A DNA stretch of 52,528 bases from positions 1 through 52,528 of the forward strand of contig CAZBUZ010000001.1 of assembly GCA_964495205.1 (NCBI GenBank). Reading direction: 5' to 3'. The translations under genes and the position numbers were made by a program. The notes below the pieces were generated by a model that saw only the letters and a list, made by a program, of their open reading frames with translations, was not told the DNA's origin and ran no database searches. Shown in pieces: positions 1-10,290 of this stretch; positions within the stretch are counted from its first letter, which is position 1, and each line of letters starts with the position of its first letter. The DNA is from an uncultured Pseudomonadota bacterium. GTDB taxonomy: Bacteria; Babelota; Babeliae; Babelales; RVW-14.

Positions 1-482
1 CGCTGATGCCAAGCTTATTGAAACGTGAAGCATTTGAAACTGTTGTATACCTAGCTGCCCAGATGGGAGCTGCCGTGGTACAACCTCTTCTTACGAGCAA
101 GGTGCAGCGTTCGTGGCATGGGGACAAAGAGGAGGCGCGGCTTATGAGTATTATGATTGCCGCTTGTGAGCAAGCAAAAAATTTTATTATTCCTGTGTTA
201 AAGAAACCAATTCCCTTAACAAATGTTGCTTGCGTAGACAATGGTAGGGGTGTGTATTTTGAGGATGATGGGCAGTCTCTTATGGCTATTGCTCAACAGC
301 TTAAGACTGAAAATGTTCAAGAATTAACGCTTATCTTTGGGCCCGAGGGTGGGCTAACTTCTGATGAGCGACAACATTTGGATGCTCAGTATTTTGTGAG
401 CTGTGCGCTTACGCCGACTATTTTACGAGCGCAGGAGGCTGTTGCTGTAGGTCTGGGGAGCATGCGAAGTTTGTTGGGGTGA
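1..482 (+). CDS. rsmE: 16S rRNA (uracil1498-N3)-methyltransferase RsmE, C-terminal part (5' end lies outside the window)
   Basis: ORF 6..482 is open to the window edge. It has the C-terminal SPOUT motifs LIFGPEGGLTSDE and TPTILRAQEAVAVGLG typical of RsmE. Confidence 0.8.
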   Translation, partial: LMPSLLKREAFETVVYLAAQMGAAVVQPLLTSKVQRSWHGDKEEARLMSIMIAACEQAKNFIIPVLKKPIPLTNVACVDNGRGVYFEDDGQSLMAIAQQLKTENVQELTLIFGPEGGLTSDERQHLDAQYFVSCALTPTILRAQEAVAVGLGSMRSLLG

Positions 483-485
483 TAT

Positions 486-1184
486 TTATTTTTTTACCGC
501 GAAGAGTTGCGTTTTAAGATAAAGTGGCGCTATTTGATCAACCATGCCTTGTCCTTTTTCCCATTGTTTATACGCTAGTTGGCCAATTGCTTGTGCTGAA
601 CAGATGGAAATAAATGGATCGATGAAGCTTATCTTATTACCAAGGGCTTGGCTGATGATTTCTCGGTGGACTTCAAATCCATTCCCTGTTCCCCATAGTT
701 GATGGTGAATTGTTTTTTCTTGTAGATCCGTGAGCAGGTCATCAATTTTCTTGCAGCCAATGTCGATTGTTTCTTCTGATGATTGGATTAGGTAATAAAC
801 ATCATTGTTATAAGCATTGAGAAGACATACGAGTAGTGATGGATGTTCGTTGTTGTGTGGAATGGACGGCGATGCTTGGTGCGCGAGCGCTTCGAGACTA
901 TTGATGCCTATCAAGGGTATTTTTTGAGAGAATGCAATACCGTTAACACTGGCGATGGTTACGCGAAGTGAGGTAAAGGCGCCTGGGCCTTTATCAACAG
1001 CGATAAAAGCAAGGTCTTTGAGTGATAGATTGTGGTGCGAGAGAAGATCATTAAGCAATGGAACGAGACTTGAGCTTGCTTTGGCATCAGTTTTTGAGAC
1101 GGTTTGAAGACAGATAGCATTATTAAATAACGCCAGTTCGATTTTGTTGTAAGTTCCTTGGATGCTAACAAATAAGCAGGTCAT
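486..1184 (-). CDS. tsaB: tRNA threonylcarbamoyladenosine (t6A) biosynthesis protein TsaB (YeaZ)
   Basis: 232 aa. It has the VDKGPGAFTSLRVTIASVNGIA motif and the length of the TsaB/YeaZ family. Confidence 0.8.
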   Translation of the reverse strand: MTCLFVSIQGTYNKIELALFNNAICLQTVSKTDAKASSSLVPLLNDLLSHHNLSLKDLAFIAVDKGPGAFTSLRVTIASVNGIAFSQKIPLIGINSLEALAHQASPSIPHNNEHPSLLVCLLNAYNNDVYYLIQSSEETIDIGCKKIDDLLTDLQEKTIHHQLWGTGNGFEVHREIISQALGNKISFIDPFISICSAQAIGQLAYKQWEKGQGMVDQIAPLYLKTQLFAVKK

Positions 1185-1190
1185 AACGTA

Positions 1191-1397
1191 TCAATCATGT
1201 TGTTTTTTTATTTTTTGCCGTTGATAAAACAAACTAAATGCATCGTCTTTAATGGTGTTTTCACGTTTTTCAATGATTTTGCCGCAATTAAGGCATTTCC
1301 AACCTTCAAAATTAATGAAGTGATCAAAGAACGACTGTAAGACGAGCAAGCCTCCGCACTTTGGGCACTTCATTGATCCATCCTCCTCATAGAGCAC
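1191..1397 (-). CDS. small zinc-ribbon protein (hypothetical)
   Basis: 68 aa with two CxxC pairs (CPKCGG ... CLNCGK). It ends 6 nt upstream of tsaB on the same strand. The true start may be the internal MKCPKCGG at 1373. Confidence 0.5.
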   Translation of the reverse strand: MLYEEDGSMKCPKCGGLLVLQSFFDHFINFEGWKCLNCGKIIEKRENTIKDDAFSLFYQRQKIKKQHD

Positions 1398-1605
1398 ATA
1401 TTTCTAAGAGAAAACATGCACAAACTTACTTCTCTCCTTTAGACAAGAATAGCACAGTATCGAAATTTGCGAAATTATTTTTAACAAAATTATTAAAAAT
1501 GTTGCTTTCTTTGTTTTTGTTTTTTTAGAGTTAATCGTTTTGTAGCATTTATAAAATAAGCTGATAGGTAAAAATAGCTACCTTATTTTTAACCGTGTAA
1601 TTTTT

Positions 1606-3861
1606 TTAAATGGTCTTTTGTGTTATTGTTGCAAGTTCTTTTTCCAATTCCTTGCGTTTTTCTTTTTCAATGGCTTCTATGGGCATCCCAGGATTTGTTT
1701 GGGGTTGCTTAATGGCTGTTGTTGGTTCTGATGTCTTGCCTATTGGTCGAGCGGTTGGTGTTGTTGATGGAGCTTTTATTGGTTGTGGTTTTTCATTCTG
1801 TCTGGATGTTTGTTGAAGTTCAGCTTGTAAGATTTGTCGTTGTGTGTTTTCTGAAACTATGCGCGCTGTGGCTTTTAATGTCTCTCGAACCTCTTCAAAT
1901 AATTTGTGTTGCACATCGGCTTCTTGTTCTTTTTTGATGAGTTTTTGTTTTTTTTCCTTAAGATCTTTTTCAGCGCGTGCTAAAGAAGCTTCTTTTTCTA
2001 TGAGTGTGTTCTCAAGTTTTTTCATTTCAAGCCGTTCTGCCGTTAAAAGCTTGTTAGCGCTGCCGACATGCTCATCGATGCGGCGATTTGCCACCTCTTC
2101 AACTAATTTGACCTTTTCGTTGGCAAGGTTTTTTAATTTGCGCTGTTCTTCTACCTCTTGTCGTAAATCTTCGACGTGTTTTTTAGAGAGCGCAGCTTCA
2201 TCTCTCGCCATACTAAGCTCAATCTTGCTGCGATCAAGGCTATCTTTCGCCTCTTTGAGTTGTTTGTCGAGAAAGTCGATTTTTTGCGTGGCGCCGGTCA
2301 ATTGTAATTTTAGATCGAGGTACTCTTTTTCTTTTTCTTCTAACTTAAGGCCGAGTTCTTTTTTGATGCGATCTTGTGTCTCATTAGTTAGGCGAATTTT
2401 ATCAATTTCGGATTGTTGACGGAACCTTTCCAGTTCGCCTTCTAATCTTTTCACAGAAAGCTGGTATTCAAACATTTCTTTGCCTTGTTGTTCAAGTTTT
2501 TTATGTAGTTGTTTTTTAGTGAGCATCTTTTCTTGTTTTGCCGAGTCAACCATCGAGCGTAGCTTTTTAACCTCAGTTTCAAAATCGGTTAACTTTGCTC
2601 CTGCGGCGAGCTTAATAAGCTCTTTATTTTTAAGCATCTTGAAGTTCGGATAAATTTTTTTGACGCGTCCAGTCATTTCGTTGGTGACGCGTAAAACTAA
2701 ATACTTAATCAATTGATCTGTAAATTTAATTTGAGGTTCCTTTTCGGCTTCCAGATGAGGCTTAAACAGTTCTTTTTGTGCAAATGAATTGAGTTCGTAG
2801 AGCGAAAGAAGCCTAATTTTTTTATATTCATAATCAGTAAGTTTTAATTGTTTTGTAATATCATTGAGTACGCGATCTGCTTTTTTTTGTGCTCGGATGA
2901 TTGTTCTGAGTCGGGTTTGCTTGCTTACAATTTGGCGGTATTTTGTGTCATTGACGTATTGTGTCCCTCGCAGCGTATGATCAAACCATCGGCTTTGATT
3001 TTTAAGCTTTTGCAAAAAATCAGGCAGGTGCTCGACATCCTCCCCTTCCATAATAATCTGCTTCATAAGCATCGAATTGGCATTGAATTCATTTGCCATT
3101 TTTTGGCGCCATTCATAGGTGATCGGGGTTTTTCCTGGTTCTGCGATTGCTATAGCGGGAAGCGGTGCTTGGTAGCGATCAAATGTTACAGTATCACGAG
3201 CATTTATATTCGATGCCCCTTTGGGTTGGTCTTTAGAGAGACGTCTGAGCAATTCTCTTTCTCGCGATTTTTTTCTTAACCTAAGAGATTCTTCTTCGGC
3301 CTTATTGATTATAGAGATAACTTTTTCTGCGGCATCTTGTTTGAGTTGCAATGCCTTTTGTTCGACTTTTTCTGCAATTGCCGATGCTTGTTCTGCTGCT
3401 TGTTTGAAAAGCACATCGGTTTGTTTTTCTGCTTGTTGGCGGATTTTTTGCGCTTCGATTTCAGATTCTTGCTTGAGTTTGACGGCTTTGTCTTCAATAT
3501 TGCGTTTCATTTGTACGATGGCATCTTCAGCTGATTGTTTGAGTGAAGAAATCTTGTGTTGAACTTCAGTTTCAAGGCGAGCTGCGGTTTCTTCTGCGGA
3601 TCGAACCAGCCTATTGATTTGTGGGCTTTGTTCAAGCCCTGCTCCGCTGATAAGCCTGGTTATTTGAAATCCTCCAGCTTCAGGCAAGGTTCGCTTCGCT
3701 TGAACGGTTTCAAGTGTTTCAGGTCCGGGCATGTAGTTTGTTTTTTGATTATTCTTAGCTATGAGCTCATTCATTATAAAGCTTATGGCTAAGATGAACA
3801 CCAAACGCATTATTTGGTTAAAGCGAAAAAAATTACGACTACTTTTCATCGTCCTACCCAC
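1606..3861 (-). CDS. large signal-anchored coiled-coil protein, no recognisable family
   Basis: 751-aa uninterrupted ORF. It has an N-terminal hydrophobic segment (MRLVFILAISFIMNELIA), long K/E/Q/A-rich heptad-like stretches at both ends, a central non-repetitive region and a Pro/Thr-rich C-terminal segment. An alternative start is at 3849. Confidence 0.6.
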   Translation of the reverse strand: MGRTMKSSRNFFRFNQIMRLVFILAISFIMNELIAKNNQKTNYMPGPETLETVQAKRTLPEAGGFQITRLISGAGLEQSPQINRLVRSAEETAARLETEVQHKISSLKQSAEDAIVQMKRNIEDKAVKLKQESEIEAQKIRQQAEKQTDVLFKQAAEQASAIAEKVEQKALQLKQDAAEKVISIINKAEEESLRLRKKSRERELLRRLSKDQPKGASNINARDTVTFDRYQAPLPAIAIAEPGKTPITYEWRQKMANEFNANSMLMKQIIMEGEDVEHLPDFLQKLKNQSRWFDHTLRGTQYVNDTKYRQIVSKQTRLRTIIRAQKKADRVLNDITKQLKLTDYEYKKIRLLSLYELNSFAQKELFKPHLEAEKEPQIKFTDQLIKYLVLRVTNEMTGRVKKIYPNFKMLKNKELIKLAAGAKLTDFETEVKKLRSMVDSAKQEKMLTKKQLHKKLEQQGKEMFEYQLSVKRLEGELERFRQQSEIDKIRLTNETQDRIKKELGLKLEEKEKEYLDLKLQLTGATQKIDFLDKQLKEAKDSLDRSKIELSMARDEAALSKKHVEDLRQEVEEQRKLKNLANEKVKLVEEVANRRIDEHVGSANKLLTAERLEMKKLENTLIEKEASLARAEKDLKEKKQKLIKKEQEADVQHKLFEEVRETLKATARIVSENTQRQILQAELQQTSRQNEKPQPIKAPSTTPTARPIGKTSEPTTAIKQPQTNPGMPIEAIEKEKRKELEKELATITQKTI

Positions 3862-4154
3862 CCCAAAAATGTTAGGTCTGTGTTAACTTTTTTATTGAAG
3901 TTTCTTTTTTGCACTTTAACAGACTCTTTCTATCCTCAGTCTAAAGAATTCTTTTATACGAATTCAATAATAAAGCTCTTTTCTTGTCTAAGTAACTGTT
4001 AAAACCGATCAAAATCATCTTCGAGAAGTGCTGTGGGGGCGCGTTTGTCGTGGTGTTATATTGCGTTATGTCTGAGCTGGAGCCATAAAATGATTGCTTT
4101 ATGAAGAAGATTGCATAAAAGAGCCTCATTTTTTAAGGTAAAAAGGGAGGGGAT

Positions 4155-5567
4155 ATGATAATCGGGGGGATTATGGAGAAAAAAAATAAAAAAGGTTTGT
4201 TTTTAGTCGGAATAGCGCTGCTTTTGATTTTGGTGGGGCTGGGGTTTGTCGAAAGGCATTATAATCGTGTTTCAGCCTTTTTTTCTTGCCGTGCTCAAAA
4301 GGCGGTCATTGCGCAAGAACCTGAAGAATGGCTGACGGTTTTCGTCCATGGAACATTTGGCTGTTTGTTGGGACTGTTGAGTTTACCAGCCGTTATTAAT
4401 GACGATGTTGGCAGCTCGCTTTATAAAGTTCTTGTGAGTGCGCAGCGCAAGGATCCTTCAAACTATCTGGATCAAGCCATATTGCAAAGGGGGTTGGTTA
4501 AGATACAGCCAACGTATGATCTGCGGGTTACTAATGGTCAACGGTTGTCAGCCTTCCCCTTGGCAAGGGCATTTCAAGATTTTGCTGAGTACGGTAAAAA
4601 AAATAAAAGCCATACAACCTTTTATACGTTTGGTTGGAATGGGCTTTTGAGCCAAAAACAACGGCGTATCGAATCTGTTCGTTTCTATAATGCCTTGGTC
4701 GAGGAAATCGAGCGTTATCGCAAGGTCGGTAAAAATCCTAAAGTGAGGTTAGTGGCACATAGCCATGGGGGAAATTTGTGTCTTAATCTTGCCGCTATAA
4801 ATGATCTTCTTTCGCTTTCTTCATATCAAGATGTGGCGCATGTTACATCAGATGCGGCAACAAACGATGCGCTTCTTGCTATGTTTGATTACATAAAAAA
4901 ACTTTCAAGCAAAGAAGATGTTGCACATGCAAAAAAACTTAAGCGTCTAGATCATGTTCCTACATGCAAATTAACGATTGACGAGTTGGTATTGCTTGGT
5001 ACGCCTGTTCAAGTTGAAACAGAGCCCTTCTTTTTTTCGCCGGCAATAAAAAAAATTTATCATTTTTATTCAGATGAAGATGCTGTACAGCCGCTTGATT
5101 TTGTGAGCACAAAGGGTAAAAGCATGCGAAAGATTAAGCGCATTGTCGATGCTATGCCCAAGATACAAGTATTTCCCGAGCTGATGCAAAGCAGAATTGT
5201 TATTAATCGGCAGATGAATCATAAAATCAAAAAGCAGAAAAAGCACCACAAAAAAAGGAATTGTTGCGAATATGCGGTTACGCACCGGGACCTGTGGGGC
5301 GTTGCATGGAGAAAAAGTGATAATCCGCTTGCGCCACTCCCGATTTTTGTTCTTACCCCATTGCTCATTGATGTGCTTAATGCCCAAGCTTCTTTGTGTC
5401 ATGACGCTGATATTAATATAAAATTTACCGCCAAATACCTCAAAGTTCAGGCAACTCCTCACAATGTTAATGAAGTTAATGCCGCAGCAAAGATTCCTCG
5501 CCGTGTTTTTGACGAGATTCAAAAAAATGTGGGGAGGTGGAATCCTTATTGCCGGTCAGCGCGATAA
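4155..5567 (+). CDS. membrane-anchored alpha/beta-hydrolase (lipase/esterase-like), hypothetical
   Basis: 470 aa. A strong SD (GGGAGGGG) sits just upstream of the ATG at 4155. There is an N-terminal TM (LFLVGIALLLILVGLGFV), an oxyanion-type VFVHGTFG and a nucleophile elbow AHSHGGN (GxSxG-like). Confidence 0.6.
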   Translation: MIIGGIMEKKNKKGLFLVGIALLLILVGLGFVERHYNRVSAFFSCRAQKAVIAQEPEEWLTVFVHGTFGCLLGLLSLPAVINDDVGSSLYKVLVSAQRKDPSNYLDQAILQRGLVKIQPTYDLRVTNGQRLSAFPLARAFQDFAEYGKKNKSHTTFYTFGWNGLLSQKQRRIESVRFYNALVEEIERYRKVGKNPKVRLVAHSHGGNLCLNLAAINDLLSLSSYQDVAHVTSDAATNDALLAMFDYIKKLSSKEDVAHAKKLKRLDHVPTCKLTIDELVLLGTPVQVETEPFFFSPAIKKIYHFYSDEDAVQPLDFVSTKGKSMRKIKRIVDAMPKIQVFPELMQSRIVINRQMNHKIKKQKKHHKKRNCCEYAVTHRDLWGVAWRKSDNPLAPLPIFVLTPLLIDVLNAQASLCHDADINIKFTAKYLKVQATPHNVNEVNAAAKIPRRVFDEIQKNVGRWNPYCRSAR

Positions 5568-5577
5568 ATAGGGCATT

Positions 5578-6045
5578 TTACTTTTTTTCTGCCCACTCTC
5601 CATGTTCATTTTTTTGGATTATTTTTATTTCTTTGATAACTTCACTTGGGATTTTTTGTGATCCGTATAAGTGAGGAAACACATCGCCGCCTGGTTTATT
5701 TGCTTCAGGGCGTATTTCTATATTGTTCTTGTTGAGCGCTTCTTTGTCCAGTTCGAGTACAACAACCTCTTTCTCATGGGCAAAAAATTTCTTAAGAGTG
5801 CTCATAACCTGCCGTCCAAAGCTGGTGTGTATAAATCCTGATTGTTGGTCAATGGGCAATAAGGTTATGCAGTTGTCTGTTTGGGTTTTGTCAAGATTGC
5901 CTGGTGGAACAATTTTATAAAGAGCATCGGCCTTAAATGAAAGCTGAGGATGGTTGTGATGGCAGCAGCCACAGTGCTTGCTGTGTTCACAGCCAGCCAT
6001 AAAAAGGGACAGAATGCTCAATGCGGCTTTTATGATTTTTTTCAT
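5578..6045 (-). CDS. DUF952-domain protein with predicted lipoprotein signal peptide and Cys/His-rich linker
   Basis: 155 aa. The lipobox is LFMAGC. It is followed by CEHSKHCGCCHHNHP and then DUF952-type motifs (YKIVP, GFIHTS, VVVLELD, GDVFPHLYG). The gene lies 11 nt downstream of gyrB on the same strand. Confidence 0.7.
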   Translation of the reverse strand: MKKIIKAALSILSLFMAGCEHSKHCGCCHHNHPQLSFKADALYKIVPPGNLDKTQTDNCITLLPIDQQSGFIHTSFGRQVMSTLKKFFAHEKEVVVLELDKEALNKNNIEIRPEANKPGGDVFPHLYGSQKIPSEVIKEIKIIQKNEHGEWAEKK

Positions 6046-6056
6046 AAGTAATATCC

Positions 6057-8522
<2,466 letters not shown>

Positions 8523-8722
8523 TCACGTTAGTGCGTGGCTGACCCCAATAAAAAAACTACTTACGCTTTTTGGGAACTTTTTTGTATCATGTACATTACC
8601 CCAATGCCCAACCATCATAGCAGATAATTGAACAAATGAGGAATTTTAAAGAAGAAAATGAGAAAAGTGGCAAAACAGAAACAAAAACGCTTGCAAACGT
8701 TCAAAAAATTAGTGTAGGATAT

Positions 8723-9274
8723 ATGGCATTGAAATTTTATGAAAAAAATACTAAAGAATTTTACATGAATAAGGCTTTGGCTCAAGCAAAAGTGGCACTC
8801 AAAAAAAATGAGGTTCCAGTTGGAGCGATTGTTGTAGATGAGCAAGGTGTCGTTATCGCGCGTGCTTATAATCAAGTGGAACTGAAAAAGTGTCACGCCG
8901 CTCATGCAGAAGTTCTAGCCATTCAAAAGGCATGTAAAAAACGTAATAATTGGCGTCTTACTGGTTGTACTATTTATGTTACACTTGAGCCTTGTCTTAT
9001 GTGTTTGGGGCTCATCCAGCTGAGTAGATTGCAGGGAATTGTTTTTGGTGCACAGTCGACGTTGTTTGGTACTGAATTATTACATAATTTTAGAACGAAT
9101 AGGCCATCTTTTGCTAAACATCTCAGTGTTGAGGGTGGCATAAAAGAAGAAGCAAGCATTGCGTTATTGAGATTGTTTTTTTCAGATAAACGCCAAAAGA
9201 GAAAGGTGAGCAGTGAAATTAAGAGCGGAATTCATACAAAAAATAAAGCAGTTGCTCGTTCAACGAAAAAATGA
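8723..9274 (+). CDS. tadA: tRNA-specific adenosine deaminase TadA
   Basis: CDA motifs HAEVLAI and PCLMCLG. The start is chosen at the ATG at 8723 (AGGA 5 nt upstream) so that KEFYMNKAL aligns with E. coli HEYWMRHAL. The track ORF begins at 8636. Confidence 0.8.
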   Translation: MALKFYEKNTKEFYMNKALAQAKVALKKNEVPVGAIVVDEQGVVIARAYNQVELKKCHAAHAEVLAIQKACKKRNNWRLTGCTIYVTLEPCLMCLGLIQLSRLQGIVFGAQSTLFGTELLHNFRTNRPSFAKHLSVEGGIKEEASIALLRLFFSDKRQKRKVSSEIKSGIHTKNKAVARSTKK

Positions 9275-9557
9275 AATGAACACGCAGCTTCTGGACTTAT
9301 CTCACGAAAAAGTATCCGATGGACAAGTGCAAGATAGTGGTGATGAGGCCTTGTCTTTAACCATGGAAAAACTTCAAAATTCTTTGCAGCAAACCGAGAT
9401 GGATGAGTTGAAACTAATCGATAGCGCACTGAATCGTATAGAAAAAGGAGAATATGGTGTCTGCATTGATTGTGGTGAGCCCATCTCCGAACGACGCCTC
9501 GAAACCTTTCCATACGCTGCTCGCTGCATAGTTTGTCAAGAAGCTCTTGAAAAGTGA
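9213..9557 (+). CDS. DksA/TraR-family C4 zinc-finger protein
   Basis: 114 aa with CIDCGEPISERRLETFPYAARCIVC. The family-typical N-terminus (EFIQKIKQLLVQRKNE) supports the GTG start at 9213. That start overlaps the non-conserved tail of tadA by 62 nt. An alternative ATG lies at 9276. Confidence 0.65.
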   Translation: MKLRAEFIQKIKQLLVQRKNEMNTQLLDLSHEKVSDGQVQDSGDEALSLTMEKLQNSLQQTEMDELKLIDSALNRIEKGEYGVCIDCGEPISERRLETFPYAARCIVCQEALEK

Positions 9558-9597
9558 TCGTCTCTTTGGCATACTCAAAATTTCTCTGGGGAGAAGT

Positions 9598-9672
<75 letters not shown>

Positions 9673-9714
9673 TAATGTTCTATTTTTTACCATTTGGCAT
9701 ATTTGTACTTTGTT

Positions 9715-9743
9715 TTGACAAAAATTATGGGCTGCGCTAGAAT
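9715..9743 (+). promoter_or_regulatory. near-consensus sigma70-type promoter upstream of rpsI
   Basis: TTGACA (9715-9720), a 17-nt spacer and TAGAAT (9738-9743). The site is about 75 nt upstream of the rpsI ATG. Confidence 0.5.
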
Positions 9744-9818
9744 TCTTTAGTGAATTAAAGCTTACTTTGCAGTTAAGTAGGCATATTGTAAAATCAAAAT
9801 TTTAGGTTTTTAAAGGTT

Positions 9819-10229
9819 ATGGCACAGAAAGCAACATTTCCTACCAATGTTAAGCACGGCGTAGGTCGTCGCAAATCGTCAGTTGCTCGCGTTTGGACAA
9901 AGCCGGGCAAAGGTTCAATTGTGGTTAACGGCAAAGAGTATAAGAATTACTTCGATACAGAGCTTTCTCTTGCTAAGGTCGTTTTGCCACTTAAAATAAC
10001 AGGTCTTGCAACCACAACGGATGTGAGCGTTAATGTGTTTGGTGGTGGTCTTAAGAGCCAATCAGAAGCAACTCAGTTGGGTATTGCTCGCGCTCTTTTG
10101 TCTACAAATGAATCTTTGAGACAGGTTCTTCGTCAACACAATCTTCTTACTGTTGACTCTCGTGTTAAAGAACGTAAAAAATACGGACAAAAAGCAGCTC
10201 GTCGCAAATTCCAGTTCGTAAAACGTTAA
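9819..10229 (+). CDS. rpsI: 30S ribosomal protein S9
   Basis: 136 aa with GGGLKSQSEATQLGIARAL and a C-terminal KERKKYGQKAARRKFQFVKR. Confidence 0.95.
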   Translation: MAQKATFPTNVKHGVGRRKSSVARVWTKPGKGSIVVNGKEYKNYFDTELSLAKVVLPLKITGLATTTDVSVNVFGGGLKSQSEATQLGIARALLSTNESLRQVLRQHNLLTVDSRVKERKKYGQKAARRKFQFVKR

Positions 10230-10290
10230 TACCGGTTTGCCCGGACAGTGTTCCGGTGCTTGCCTTGGGTTTTCATGAGAGGTCTTCAAC

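Noticed and set aside
1844-2419. Several 60-190-aa plus-strand ORFs inside 1606-3861 (for example 1844..2419, 2848..3279 and 3221..3562)
   Set aside because: They are Ser/Phe/Leu/Cys-rich mirror frames, as expected opposite a Lys/Glu/Gln-rich coiled-coil gene. They have no start context.
8636-8722. A 29-aa N-terminal extension of the tadA ORF (track start 8636)
   Set aside because: The extension is Lys/Glu-rich and not TadA-like. The ATG at 8723 has an AGGA RBS and gives an N-terminus collinear with E. coli TadA.
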